From a virus (Duplodnaviria > Caudoviricetes), in the IMG/VR virus record IMGVR_UViG_3300042430_000348, positions 1-28,247 of that record: DNA of 28,247 nt; one strand, 5' to 3'. Positions 1-9,766 of the stretch are shown piece after piece. How positions within the stretch are numbered: position 1 is the first letter of the stretch; every line of letters begins with the position of its first letter. The notes below the pieces were generated by a model. It had not been told where the DNA came from and made no database searches. It worked only from the letters and a program-made list of their open reading frames with translations. A program made the position numbers and the translations under genes.

Positions 1-1
1 A

Positions 2-211
2 GGTACTGCAACACGATTAAGCGTGTTAGTATTGAACTTTGAAACGACTGCGGTAACTTGCACAACATATTGGCAGTTACTAACCGAAGAAGGAAAGCAA
101 TTAAGTCAAGGGAACTATACCTTAACTGAAGAACAATTCTTAACTTGGGGAACTGATAACTCAGTCGTGAACGAGTATGTCGCTGAAGCAATCGGAGTAG
201 TAATCATCTAA
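2..211 (+). CDS. Hypothetical protein, 5'-truncated, probably tail-associated
   Basis: Frame is open from the window edge (GTATRLSVLVLNFE...AIGVVII*), so the ORF-track GTG at 23 is probably internal; lies in the tail region. Confidence 0.7.
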   Translation, partial: GTATRLSVLVLNFETTAVTCTTYWQLLTEEGKQLSQGNYTLTEEQFLTWGTDNSVVNEYVAEAIGVVII

Positions 212-221
212 AACACGAAGT

Positions 222-359
222 ATGTTAACATTAAACGAAGAACAAGTAAAGCAATTAGAAGCAATCTTAAGTGAGTTACCGATGAAGTTCGGAGTTCCTA
301 TTTTGAATATCTTAAACGAAGCGAGTAAACCTGCTGAAAACACGGATGAAGCAAACTGA
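222..359 (+). CDS. Small hypothetical protein (45 aa)
   Basis: Hand-translated MLTLNEEQVKQLEAILSELPMKFGVPILNILNEASKPAENTDEAN*; fills the gap between neighbours; below the ORF-track cutoff. Confidence 0.7.
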   Translation: MLTLNEEQVKQLEAILSELPMKFGVPILNILNEASKPAENTDEAN

Positions 360-855
360 ATTACAACTAGAGTTAAACAAGTTTAGAGACTATGTAGTTA
401 GTCAAGCTAAAGCAAACCTTACGAGAGGTGGTAAAAACGTCTCCAAAGGTCTGTATAACTCTATTAAAGGTAATGTCAAAGCTAATCCTAATTCATTTGA
501 GATGGACTTTTCTATGGAAGAGTACGGATTCTATCAGGACAAAGGAGTTTCAGGTATTAAAAAGAAGTACAACACGGACTACAAATACACGAACAAAATG
601 CCACCAGCAAAAGCATTCGACAAGTGGGTAGTTAGAAAAGGACTTGCACCTAGAGAAAAGGGAAAGTTTAAAAACAGAAAGTCTTTGTCTTTTGCTATTG
701 CACGTTCGGTATATATAAACGGAATCAAGCCTAGTTTATTTTTTACTAAACCATTTGAAAAAGCAATCAAGCGTTTACCTAATGACTTAGTAGAAGCATT
801 CGGAATAGACGCAATAAAATTATTTAATAACACAGTATTTCCAAATCAAAAATAG
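346..855 (+). CDS. Putative neck/tail-completion (HK97 gp10-like morphogenesis) protein
   Basis: Basic 169 aa protein with 'SKGLYNSI', 'YGFYQDKG' and 'GIKPSLFFTKPF' segments reminiscent of this class; structural module. Confidence 0.5.
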   Translation: MKQTELQLELNKFRDYVVSQAKANLTRGGKNVSKGLYNSIKGNVKANPNSFEMDFSMEEYGFYQDKGVSGIKKKYNTDYKYTNKMPPAKAFDKWVVRKGLAPREKGKFKNRKSLSFAIARSVYINGIKPSLFFTKPFEKAIKRLPNDLVEAFGIDAIKLFNNTVFPNQK

Positions 856-1902
856 ATGGCAATTTTCGCACGTTCACCTTACATTCTAACAATCAACGAA
901 GCAGGACAAACTGCGTCAATGATACAGGTATTCTTATGGAATGGAAACTCAACTCCGATGCCTGCTTCTCCTGCTTACACATTAAGCAAAAGCATTCCTT
1001 CATCTAGTTCTCCTGCTACTTATTACGATCTATCTCCTTACATTCGTGAGTTTATAAACCACAATACACTTCAAACTATTACAACAAGTAATGCTCCTAC
1101 TCCTTCAGCTCAATGGTGCTGGATAGGAATCAAAACATTTAAGAAAACTATAGGTGGATTCGTTCAGTTTGGCACAACATTAACTTACCGAGCATACGAA
1201 GGGTACGGAAATTATACGGACGGTGCTAATCCTAACTTATTCAGAGTTCACTTAGACCAAGGAACGTACAACTATTATCTGGATGGAACAGGAAACTACG
1301 GACACTTAACAATCGAAAACATTTCAGGAGATACAATCAAATACACGAACTTAGTTACAGGAGCAAATAACACTTCGTCTCTAGGAGCATTAAATGTACA
1401 AGACTATCCTAGAGTATACTCAACGTATTTAAGTGCAGGAAACAAGGTAGAAATCATAAATGCAGGTACTACTGTATGGACTGCAACATTCCAACCAAAA
1501 GCAGAATGTAAATACACGCCTGTAAGATGTGATTTTGTAAACAAATACGGAGCGTGGCAGACTGAGTGGTTTTTCAAAGCAAGTAACCGAGCAATCAACG
1601 TTGAAAACACGGAGTACAATTTAATGCCTGCAACTTATCCTGCTTACGATATTCAGGAAGGACAAAGAAAAGTATTCAACACAAACGCAAAAGAGCAAGT
1701 CAAGGTAAACACGGATTGGGTAAACGAAAGTTATTCGGAAGTGATTAAACAACTAATGCTTAGCGAAAGAATCTTACTAGACAAATCGCCAGTTAAGATA
1801 AACACGAAATCAACTGAGCTATTCAAAAGCATTAACACACATATGATCAACTACCAACTAGACTTTGAATACGCTTACGACACAATTAACTCAGTAGTGT
1901 AA
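856..1902 (+). CDS. Virion structural protein (putative distal tail/baseplate component)
   Basis: 348 aa, T/N/Y-rich beta-type composition; translationally coupled to the next tail gene. Confidence 0.5.
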   Translation: MAIFARSPYILTINEAGQTASMIQVFLWNGNSTPMPASPAYTLSKSIPSSSSPATYYDLSPYIREFINHNTLQTITTSNAPTPSAQWCWIGIKTFKKTIGGFVQFGTTLTYRAYEGYGNYTDGANPNLFRVHLDQGTYNYYLDGTGNYGHLTIENISGDTIKYTNLVTGANNTSSLGALNVQDYPRVYSTYLSAGNKVEIINAGTTVWTATFQPKAECKYTPVRCDFVNKYGAWQTEWFFKASNRAINVENTEYNLMPATYPAYDIQEGQRKVFNTNAKEQVKVNTDWVNESYSEVIKQLMLSERILLDKSPVKINTKSTELFKSINTHMINYQLDFEYAYDTINSVV

Positions 1903-4175
1903 TGAATAGAAAGGTACAAGTATACATCGAAGGACAAAGACTCGAACTATTCAACGATGAGCAGATTCAGGTAAGTTCAACGCAACAAAACGTAGCAGAC
2001 ATTTCAAAGACTTACACGGACTTCTCGCAGAGTTTTACTATTCCTGCTTCGCCATACAACAACGCTATCTTACAACACTTTTATCAGAGTGATGTAGATT
2101 CGACTATTGATCACAACATCCGTAGAAATGCTTTTATCGAGATAGACTTGACATTCTTTAGACGTGGTAAGATTCAGATTGATAAAGCACAACTAAAAAA
2201 CGGAGCTGCAGAAAGCTACACACTTAGTTTCTTTGGTGAAGGCAAAACGTTACTAGATTACTTTGGTGAAGACTTGTTATCTAACTTAGATTACACACCT
2301 GTGAATCACCTTTACAATGGAACGGAAGTCAAGAACAGAATTACGGACGGAACGAATGCTTACAATGTTAAATATCCTTTAATCAGTTCAAAAAGGATTT
2401 GGACTTGGACAGGTCAAACACCTACGACAATTACTCCAAGTTGGTTAACGATACCCACTGCGTCTGTAGATGACATACAAAAAAACGCAGGACACATTCA
2501 CTACAATGAGTTGTTTCCTGCAGTAAGAGTTAAAAACATCTTTAATCAAATCGCATCGAAATACGGAGTTACCTTTAATGGAAACTTTTTAAATGATGAG
2601 AGATTTACTAAGCTATTCTTGTGGTACAAAAACAAGAACGAGTATTACTTTTATTCAGAACCTCAACCGATTGACTTTACAAGTTTATCTACATCAGGAA
2701 ACGAAGCGAGTAATGCTTTTAATTTAGCTAATAATTCTATTCGTGTTCAGTTCCAAGCAGGATTATTTAATGGATTACACACGATTACAATTGACGTAAA
2801 TTCAATCTCAGCAACCACAGGAGCAATCATAGATGTTTACCAAAATGGGAACTTATACCAAACGATTCCATTTAGTACAGCAGGTACATTACCAAGCATA
2901 ACAATACAGAATGTTTCAGGATTAGATGATACCTATACTTTCAAAGTAAAGACACATACTGCAGTAACCGTAAACGTAGACGTCACTTATAAAATAGATG
3001 CGGTTCTTGTTATTTTAGGATTTGTAAATATCGCAACTTGTAATGCAACTTGTGCAAATAACGTAATGGTTATAAACACGGACTTAGCAGCACTTGCTCC
3101 TGTGATGAAAGTAAGCGACTTTTTTAGTGGTATATGTAAGATTTTTAATCTAACGTGTTATGCAACTTCTTCTAACACTTATCAGTTAGAGCCTTTGGAC
3201 GATTGGTACTCACAAGGTGCGATTGTAGACATTTCAAGATTCACAGACGTGGATAGTATTGACGTAGATAAGATGAAGCTCTACAAGAAGATAACGATGA
3301 AATATCAAAACTCTGAATCCTTCTTAAACAAGCAATTTAGTCAACTATTTATGCGTGAGTACGGAGATACTTCTTATCAGTATTCTTACGATGGAGACGA
3401 GTTTACTTTGGATGTACCTTTTGAGAATTTGTTACAGACAAAATTCACAGGAACTAACTTACAAGTAGGTTACTCACTTAATAACGAGTTTGCTCCGTAT
3501 ATTCCTAAGCCGATTCTACTTTATCAATACGACAATAAAGACGTTGACTTTCACTTTAACAACGGAAGCACGACAACTAACATCACAAACTACACGCCAT
3601 TCGGACAAGACCTTTACACGAACTTAACTGACTACACGTTAAACTTTGCTCCTGACATTTCCACGATGCTGAATGTTCCAGTGCAACAAACTTTATTCGG
3701 AACATACTACTTTTCTTACCTGTATAATCTTTACAATTTAAAGCAGAGATTGATCAGCGTGAAAACGATTCTACCTATCGGACTATTGACAGGGCTTCGT
3801 TTAAACGACAGATTGGTGATCAGAGATAAACGCTACATCATTAACTCGATGCAGTCTAATCTAACAACAGGCGAAGTAAACTTCCAATTGATTCTGGACT
3901 TTAGACCGATGGTAAATGCAACACAGATACCAAACGTAGGTATTGCAGGTGGTAACGTTTTAGTGCCAATTGACTTTGTAAACGATACTTACTCAGCTTT
4001 AATGACTTGCACAGATACAGATGTTACAATCACACCTAGTGAGATATTTGCACCTCAATTTGTAACAGTTACAATTCCTGCAGGAGCATCAGGCACGGTG
4101 TACGATTTAAACGTTAGATATGTTTTGAACTCAGGAGTTACAGAAACACGAACAATAAACATAATTCAAAGATGA
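1902..4175 (+). CDS. Large tail tip/hub structural protein
   Basis: 757 aa; N-terminus 'SQSFTIPASPYNNAIL' typical of Bacteroidota siphophage tail proteins; directly upstream of the tape measure gene. Confidence 0.6.
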   Translation: MNRKVQVYIEGQRLELFNDEQIQVSSTQQNVADISKTYTDFSQSFTIPASPYNNAILQHFYQSDVDSTIDHNIRRNAFIEIDLTFFRRGKIQIDKAQLKNGAAESYTLSFFGEGKTLLDYFGEDLLSNLDYTPVNHLYNGTEVKNRITDGTNAYNVKYPLISSKRIWTWTGQTPTTITPSWLTIPTASVDDIQKNAGHIHYNELFPAVRVKNIFNQIASKYGVTFNGNFLNDERFTKLFLWYKNKNEYYFYSEPQPIDFTSLSTSGNEASNAFNLANNSIRVQFQAGLFNGLHTITIDVNSISATTGAIIDVYQNGNLYQTIPFSTAGTLPSITIQNVSGLDDTYTFKVKTHTAVTVNVDVTYKIDAVLVILGFVNIATCNATCANNVMVINTDLAALAPVMKVSDFFSGICKIFNLTCYATSSNTYQLEPLDDWYSQGAIVDISRFTDVDSIDVDKMKLYKKITMKYQNSESFLNKQFSQLFMREYGDTSYQYSYDGDEFTLDVPFENLLQTKFTGTNLQVGYSLNNEFAPYIPKPILLYQYDNKDVDFHFNNGSTTTNITNYTPFGQDLYTNLTDYTLNFAPDISTMLNVPVQQTLFGTYYFSYLYNLYNLKQRLISVKTILPIGLLTGLRLNDRLVIRDKRYIINSMQSNLTTGEVNFQLILDFRPMVNATQIPNVGIAGGNVLVPIDFVNDTYSALMTCTDTDVTITPSEIFAPQFVTVTIPAGASGTVYDLNVRYVLNSGVTETRTINIIQR

Positions 4176-4327
4176 TAAAGAACATAATCGCAATGCTTAC
4201 TATAGATAACTTCTACGGAATATCAGAGAACATAGACATCGCAAAAGGAAAGTACGCTTACACGACATCCTTTAGAAAAATGACACGTCAAGAAAGAAGA
4301 AAACACGCACTTAAAAAAACTAACTGA
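4172..4327 (+). CDS. Small hypothetical protein (51 aa)
   Basis: MIKNIIAMLTIDNFYGISENIDIAKGKY...KKTN*; ATGA overlap upstream and TGATG overlap downstream. Confidence 0.7.
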   Translation: MIKNIIAMLTIDNFYGISENIDIAKGKYAYTTSFRKMTRQERRKHALKKTN

Positions 4328-6201
4328 TGGCTGAAAAGAAAGTAATAGAATTAGACTTACAAACAAACTTAGGTAGTCTTAAAAGTCAATTAAAACAAGC
4401 ACAAGCAGAAGTTCAAACTTTATCCGATAAGTTTGGTGCAACATCCCAAGCAGCAGCAGAAGCAGCTAAGAAAGCAGCAGATTTAAAAGATAGAATCCAA
4501 GATGCAAAAGCGTTAACCGATGCCTTTAATCCTGACGCTAAATTCACTTCTCTTACACGTTCTATTGGTGGAGCATTAGATGGATTCCAAGCGTTTGAAG
4601 GTGCATTAGGTTTAATTGGAGTTGAATCAGAAGACCTACAAAAAACGTTGTTGAAAGTTCAATCAGCAATGGCATTTTCTCAAGGTATTCAAGGAGCATT
4701 AGAAGCAAAGGATTCATTTATTCAATTAGGTGCAGTTGTTAAAAATACATTTAGTGCAATGACTACTGCATCTAAAGCATTTTTAGTAGGTGGAATAGGA
4801 TTAATTATTGCAGCAGTTGGAATACTGGTTGCAAATTATGACGAATGGTTCGGAGTATCTAAAGACGTTGCAGAGCAACAAAAAGTAATCGCAGAACAAG
4901 CAAAAGAACAACGTCAAAATATTGCTAAGGAATCAGGTGAGTTTGCAACTTTAATATCTAGGCTTAAAAACACTAACGAAGGAAGTAAAGAACGTGCAGA
5001 CTTAATTAAAAAGATTAACGGACAATACGGAACTACTTTAAAAAACATTAAAGACGAAACTAAATTCCAAGAATCATTAAACAAAGAATTAGCGTCTTAC
5101 TTAGAATACCAAAAAGCAAAATATCAATTACAAAAAAACGAAGAGTTAATTGTTAAGAATCTTGAAAAACAAGATGAAATACAATCAAAAATAACTAAAG
5201 CTCAAAAAGATTTACCTGCATTAATTGAAGCACAGAAAAAAGCTCAAAAGGGTTTAAATGAAACTAATGCACAGGATACTAATATGGTTGCATTTTATGC
5301 TGAAAAAGTTAGGGAAGCAAAAGCAGCAGTAGCAGCTAAAAATAAAGAAATTAAACTTGAACAGGATGAATTAATTAAAGCAGAAAAACGATTCAATGCT
5401 TATGGTTCAGCTGCTAATAACGCAGCAAACAACGTAGACAAACTTACTAATAGCGGAACTAAATATGTTGAGCAAACCACAGACAAAGTAGATAAGGTAG
5501 AAGAAAACAACGACAAAGAATTTGAAAGCTATGATGCATTAGAATATAAAAAAGCTCAGCTATTAAAGCATTCAGAACTTACTTTACAAGGACACGTTAA
5601 TGAAACTGTAAGAATACAAAAAGAAGCAGCTGAATACGAATTACTAATATTACAAGGTAAAGCAACGAAAGCTGCTCAAATAGATGAAGCGGCACATTCT
5701 AAAAAAGTAGAATTAGCAAAAGCAGGATTAAGTGCTATTGCACAAATAACAGAACTATTCGGAAAGAAAAGCGAGAAAGCAGCAAAACAAGCATTTAAGA
5801 TACAAAAAGCTGCAAATATTGCATCAGCGTTAGTAACTACTTACCAAAGTGCAACTGCGGCTTACGCATCACAATTCACGCCATTACCTGACCCAAGTTC
5901 GCCTGTACGTGGAGCAATCGTAGCAGGAATTGCAATTGCATCAGGTTTAGCAAACGTAGCTAAAATAACTCAACAAAAATTTGAAGGTGGAACTCCTCCT
6001 GGCAATAGTCCTCCTCCTAGTGATGCAGGTGGCGGTGGCACTGTTATATCTCCAAACTTTAACGTAGTTGGAAACTCAGGTTTAAATCAACTCAGTCAAC
6101 TACAACAAAAACCAACAAAGGCTTATGTGGTTTCTGGAGATATGACAACTGCCCAAGCACTAGATCGCAACAGGATTGAAAATGCAACATTAGTACAATA
6201 A
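4327..6201 (+). CDS. Tail tape measure protein
   Basis: 624 aa, Ala/Lys/Gln-rich helical coiled-coil with hydrophobic Gly/Ala stretches (GIGLIIAAVGILV; GAIVAGIAIASGLANV). Confidence 0.8.
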   Translation: MAEKKVIELDLQTNLGSLKSQLKQAQAEVQTLSDKFGATSQAAAEAAKKAADLKDRIQDAKALTDAFNPDAKFTSLTRSIGGALDGFQAFEGALGLIGVESEDLQKTLLKVQSAMAFSQGIQGALEAKDSFIQLGAVVKNTFSAMTTASKAFLVGGIGLIIAAVGILVANYDEWFGVSKDVAEQQKVIAEQAKEQRQNIAKESGEFATLISRLKNTNEGSKERADLIKKINGQYGTTLKNIKDETKFQESLNKELASYLEYQKAKYQLQKNEELIVKNLEKQDEIQSKITKAQKDLPALIEAQKKAQKGLNETNAQDTNMVAFYAEKVREAKAAVAAKNKEIKLEQDELIKAEKRFNAYGSAANNAANNVDKLTNSGTKYVEQTTDKVDKVEENNDKEFESYDALEYKKAQLLKHSELTLQGHVNETVRIQKEAAEYELLILQGKATKAAQIDEAAHSKKVELAKAGLSAIAQITELFGKKSEKAAKQAFKIQKAANIASALVTTYQSATAAYASQFTPLPDPSSPVRGAIVAGIAIASGLANVAKITQQKFEGGTPPGNSPPPSDAGGGGTVISPNFNVVGNSGLNQLSQLQQKPTKAYVVSGDMTTAQALDRNRIENATLVQ

Positions 6202-6212
6202 TTAAGTTTATA
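6183..6212 (+). promoter_or_regulatory. Putative phage late promoter TGCAACA-N15-AGTTTATA (copy 1)
   Basis: Same two boxes and spacing at 6183, 7763, 10442 and 27628, each just upstream of a structural gene start. Confidence 0.75.
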
Positions 6213-6216
6213 AAAT

Positions 6217-6807
6217 ATGAAAATTGTAGAATTAGTAATTGACGAAAAGGACTCACTAAGCGGAATTGACGCAGTTTCTGTAGTACATTCACCTGCTATT
6301 GAAGAGAACTTTATCGCACTAGCAAAACACGAAATAGAACTCAAAGAAGTAGACGCTGAGAAAAAGATTATTATGGGAGCTGCATTAGTTCCTAACAAGC
6401 AAATCTACCGAGTTAATCCTAAGACAAAAGAAGAATACTACATTTACTTTTCAGAGGACACAGTTCGCCAAGCATCAGAGTTATTCTTAATGAACTCAAA
6501 CCAAAACAACGCTACATACGAACACGACAAGAAGTTAAAAGGAATGTCGGTTGTAGAAAGTTGGATAATTGACGATAGTAAATCGGATAAATCCCGATTT
6601 TATGGCTTTGATTTGCCAAAAGGAACTTGGATGATATCAATGAAGGTTAACAACGAGGAAGTTTGGAACGATGTCAAAGAAGGTAAAGTAAAAGGGTTCT
6701 CAATCGAAGGTTACTTTGCTGACAAGTTAGAAATGTCTCAAATGTCAGAGGAAGATTTATTACTAGAACAAATCAAACAAATAATTATACAAGATGAAAA
6801 CAACTAA
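6217..6807 (+). CDS. Prohead serine protease, XkdF-like
   Basis: Motifs 'GAALVPNK', 'TYEH', 'VESWI', 'PKGTW' and 'KGFSIEG'; upstream of scaffold and capsid. Confidence 0.8.
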   Translation: MKIVELVIDEKDSLSGIDAVSVVHSPAIEENFIALAKHEIELKEVDAEKKIIMGAALVPNKQIYRVNPKTKEEYYIYFSEDTVRQASELFLMNSNQNNATYEHDKKLKGMSVVESWIIDDSKSDKSRFYGFDLPKGTWMISMKVNNEEVWNDVKEGKVKGFSIEGYFADKLEMSQMSEEDLLLEQIKQIIIQDENN

Positions 6808-7165
6808 AGAATTAATTATTGCAGACATCACTGCAAAGGTAGAAGCAAAATTAGCAAGTCAAAAAGTAGAACTTGCTATGAAACAAATTGGTGATTTTCA
6901 AAAAGAATCTGATGCACTTTATAAAGAAATGACTTCTAAGGGAGAACAATACAAAAAAGAATATTATAGTAAAACGGCGGCATTAGAAAAACCATTTAAT
7001 CAATTACGTGCTGAACTATATAATACATCTCAAGACTTTTTAAACAAAACAAAAGATTTAGGATTAGACGGAAAATCACTTCCTCCATATAAACAAATGG
7101 AAAAGTTAATTTCTGATATGGATAAAAGAAGCGAGTATTTTGTTAAAGAATATGTTAAACAATAA
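6794..7165 (+). CDS. Hypothetical helical protein, candidate capsid-internal/cargo protein
   Basis: 123 aa; leader motif KLASQKVELA shared with the 7807 ORF and the protease N-terminus. Confidence 0.55.
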   Translation: MKTTKELIIADITAKVEAKLASQKVELAMKQIGDFQKESDALYKEMTSKGEQYKKEYYSKTAALEKPFNQLRAELYNTSQDFLNKTKDLGLDGKSLPPYKQMEKLISDMDKRSEYFVKEYVKQ

Positions 7166-7170
7166 ATAAG

Positions 7171-7368
7171 ATGGGAAAAACTAAAACACCAAGTTATTCA
7201 AGTCCAAAAGGAGGACGCAGAGGATGTCTATGTGAAAACGGAACATACTCAACTAAATGTTGCGATGGAAGTTTACAAGCACAAGGCATAGGAGTGACAC
7301 AAGGCATTGATTCAGTTACGATAACTGAGAATGCAGGAGTAAGAACTACAGTCCGTCAGAACGGATAA
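7171..7368 (+). CDS. Small Cys-rich hypothetical protein
   Basis: 65 aa with CLC...CC cluster (possible metal binding); in the head operon. Confidence 0.7.
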   Translation: MGKTKTPSYSSPKGGRRGCLCENGTYSTKCCDGSLQAQGIGVTQGIDSVTITENAGVRTTVRQNG

Positions 7369-7429
7369 AAACTTTTCTACATTTATTATATGTAAGTGCC
7401 TTTGCATACTTGATATGTAGGTGCACTCT

Positions 7430-7465
7430 AAAAAAGAAAGGGGATGCTTACTGCTCCCCTTTTTC
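7430..7465. terminator. Bidirectional intrinsic terminator
   Basis: AAAGGGGA-tgc-ttact-gc-TCCCCTTT hairpin with an A-run before and a T-run after, between convergent genes. Confidence 0.75.
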
Positions 7466-7732
7466 GTATTTAATAAAATAATACTTCTGACTATTGCAAG
7501 TATTTTCAAAACCACCTGAATCTATATAAATATCATCATTTTTAGCTAATTCATATCCTGCATTTACACCTGCATCGTGAGCTTCGATTATTTGTTTTTT
7601 TTCCATTTCTTTGGCTTTCCCAATACAATCAGTTAATGAATTTAGCATTTGACTAAGTGATATATTACCTTTTGCTTTTTCAATTTCCAATCGCATTGCT
7701 TGTTCTGCATACCATTCCACTGCTGTTTTCAT
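7448..7732 (-). CDS. Moron-like hypothetical protein, 'TAVE...KEMEK.QI...YY' family (paralog 1)
   Basis: Only credible minus-strand gene; has its own promoter and terminator; clearly similar to 17044..17301. Confidence 0.8.
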   Translation of the reverse strand: MKTAVEWYAEQAMRLEIEKAKGNISLSQMLNSLTDCIGKAKEMEKKQIIEAHDAGVNAGYELAKNDDIYIDSGGFENTCNSQKYYFIKYEKGEQ

Positions 7733-7748
7733 AGTTTTTAATTTTTGT

Positions 7749-7756
7749 CAAATATA
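7749..7756 (-). promoter_or_regulatory. Bacteroidota sigma-A type -7 box (TATATTTG)
   Basis: CAAATATA on + strand, 16 nt upstream of the minus-strand ATG at 7732. Confidence 0.7.
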
Positions 7757-7762
7757 TAAAAA

Positions 7763-7792
7763 TGCAACAGATAAAACAAAATATAGTTTATA
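7763..7792 (+). promoter_or_regulatory. Putative phage late promoter (copy 2)
   Basis: TGCAACA-gataaaacaaaatat-AGTTTATA. Confidence 0.75.
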
Positions 7793-7806
7793 TAAAAAAG
7801 ACAAAG

Positions 7807-8163
7807 ATGGGATTAAATGAAGTATTTAAAAAAGTAGCAAGTATCAATGAAGTTACTGAGTTAGCAAGCCACGAAGTACAATTAGGTGCTATTGACGATT
7901 TGCAAGTTAAATATAAAAATATTGCAGCAAAAGCACCAAAAATTAAAGACCAAGTAATTAGATTGTCTAATGAATTAGCAGTTGTTTCGTCAGAACTTAA
8001 AAATTTATCTACTGATTTTAAAAAACTACAAGCAATGGCTAAAGAATTAGGGGCTATGGATGTTGAGAAAACTGCAATAACATTAGCACAACTTACAGCA
8101 ACATTTAGTTCTGATTGGGGAAAAGCCGCAACAAATATTTCTACATCAGCAAAAACAATTTAA
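7807..8163 (+). CDS. Hypothetical helical protein, candidate capsid-internal/cargo protein
   Basis: Start moved to ATG 7807 because 7762 lies in the promoter; leader motif ELASHEVQLG. Confidence 0.6.
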   Translation: MGLNEVFKKVASINEVTELASHEVQLGAIDDLQVKYKNIAAKAPKIKDQVIRLSNELAVVSSELKNLSTDFKKLQAMAKELGAMDVEKTAITLAQLTATFSSDWGKAATNISTSAKTI

Positions 8164-8179
8164 TAAATAAAAACGACAA

Positions 8180-8764
8180 ATGAAAAATAGCACAATTAAC
8201 AAAATCAAATCACTTTTAGGAATGGAAGTGAAATTAGAGCAAATGATGTTAATCGATGGAACTACAATCCTAGAAGCAGACGCATTTGAAATGGACAACG
8301 AAGTATTTATCGTTACTCCAGACGAGCAAATGATTCCTTTACCAATTGGTGAATACGAATTAGAGAACGGAATGATTCTAGTAGTTGCAGTAGAAGGAAT
8401 TATTGCTGAGATTAAAGAAGCAGTAGTTGAGGAAGTTGCTCCTGAAGTAGAAGCTCCTGAGGTAGAGGTAGAAGTTGAAGCGGAAGCTGCAGCACCACAA
8501 GCAAAGAAAACTATCGAATCTGTAGTTAAAGAAACATTCTTTTCAGAAATCGAAGCACTTAAAAACGAAAACATTGAATTGAAAGCGAAATTGGAAATGC
8601 TTTCTAAAGTTGACGAAGTTACAGAAGAAGTAACCGAACTTTCAGAAGAGCCAAAACCAATCAGTTTTAATCCTGAAAACACGAATGTAGTAGAGCCTTT
8701 CCGTTTTGAGAAAAACAGAAGTCGTTCAACTATCGATTCAATCTTTGAAAAATTAAACAAATAA
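8180..8764 (+). CDS. Capsid scaffolding protein
   Basis: Very acidic 194 aa protein with coiled-coil C-terminal half, immediately upstream of the major capsid gene. Confidence 0.7.
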   Translation: MKNSTINKIKSLLGMEVKLEQMMLIDGTTILEADAFEMDNEVFIVTPDEQMIPLPIGEYELENGMILVVAVEGIIAEIKEAVVEEVAPEVEAPEVEVEVEAEAAAPQAKKTIESVVKETFFSEIEALKNENIELKAKLEMLSKVDEVTEEVTELSEEPKPISFNPENTNVVEPFRFEKNRSRSTIDSIFEKLNK

Positions 8765-8790
8765 TATTAACTAACAAACATTTTTAAAAA

Positions 8791-9747
8791 ATGGCAACTA
8801 CAACATCAATTACTACAACTTACGCTGGTGAGTTTGCAGGTAAGTACATCGCAGCAGCTTTATTGTCTGCACCAACATTGGACAAAGGAGGGATCACTAT
8901 CGTTCCTAACGTAAAGTTCAAACAAGTGATCAAAAGAGTAGCAACTGACGATATCGTTAAAAATGCTACTTGTGATTTTGACGCTACATCTACAATTACA
9001 TTAACTGAGAAAATTCTTCAACCTGAGGAGTTCCAAGTTAACTTACAATTGTGTAAAAAAGATTTCGTTTCTGATTGGGAAGCAATTTCTATGGGTTACT
9101 CAGCATTCGAAGTAATGCCGAAAAACTTTACAGACTTCTTATTGGCTCACGCTGCTGAGAAAGTTGCTGCTGCAATGGAAACATCTATCTGGACAGGAGT
9201 TAACGCAACTGCAGGTCAATTCGCAGGTTTGATGACACAACTTACTACTGATGCTGCTTTACCTGCTGCACAAGAAATCGCTGCAGTTGGTGGTGGTGTT
9301 AATGCTTCTAACGTTATTGCTGAGTTAGGTAAAATCGTTGATGCTTGTCCTGCTGCTATCTACGGAAAAGAAGATTTAAGCATCTATGTTTCAAATAACA
9401 TTTACCGTGCTTATGTACGTGCTTTGGGTGGATTCGCTGCATCTGGAGTAGGTGCTAACGGATATGACAACAAAGGAACAAACCAAACATTGAATGACTT
9501 GTACTTTGACGGAGTTCGTATTTTCTTAGCTAACGGATTAGCTTCTAACACAGCTTTACTTGCTGAGAAATCTAACTTGTACTTTGCAACTGGATTGATG
9601 AACGATATGAACGAAGTGAAAGTTTTGGATATGGGTGACCTTGACGGATCGCAAAATGTTCGTGTAATTATGCGTTTCACTGCAGATGCTAAATACGGAT
9701 TTGCTTCTGACGTAGTTACTTACGGAATCACAAACGCTGCTAACTAA
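8791..9747 (+). CDS. Major capsid protein
   Basis: 318 aa, Ala/Gly-rich, strongly biased codon usage, follows protease and scaffold, ends at a terminator. Confidence 0.85.
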   Translation: MATTTSITTTYAGEFAGKYIAAALLSAPTLDKGGITIVPNVKFKQVIKRVATDDIVKNATCDFDATSTITLTEKILQPEEFQVNLQLCKKDFVSDWEAISMGYSAFEVMPKNFTDFLLAHAAEKVAAAMETSIWTGVNATAGQFAGLMTQLTTDAALPAAQEIAAVGGGVNASNVIAELGKIVDACPAAIYGKEDLSIYVSNNIYRAYVRALGGFAASGVGANGYDNKGTNQTLNDLYFDGVRIFLANGLASNTALLAEKSNLYFATGLMNDMNEVKVLDMGDLDGSQNVRVIMRFTADAKYGFASDVVTYGITNAAN

Positions 9748-9766
9748 TATTAACAGACAATAATTG

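Noticed and set aside
5990-6040. CCTCCT/GGCGGT repeats at the end of the tape measure gene
   Set aside because: They encode an ordinary Pro/Gly linker (TPPGNSPPPSDAGGGG).
7762-7806. N-terminal extension of the 7762..8163 ORF
   Set aside because: It overlaps the late promoter motif; ATG 7807 has a proper A-rich leader.
8146-8760. 204-aa minus-strand ORF and the other antisense or alternate-frame ORFs in the track (e.g. 579-833, 9411-9680, 19555-19896)
   Set aside because: They are shadows of well-supported + strand genes, with Ser/Phe-rich composition and no promoters or leaders.
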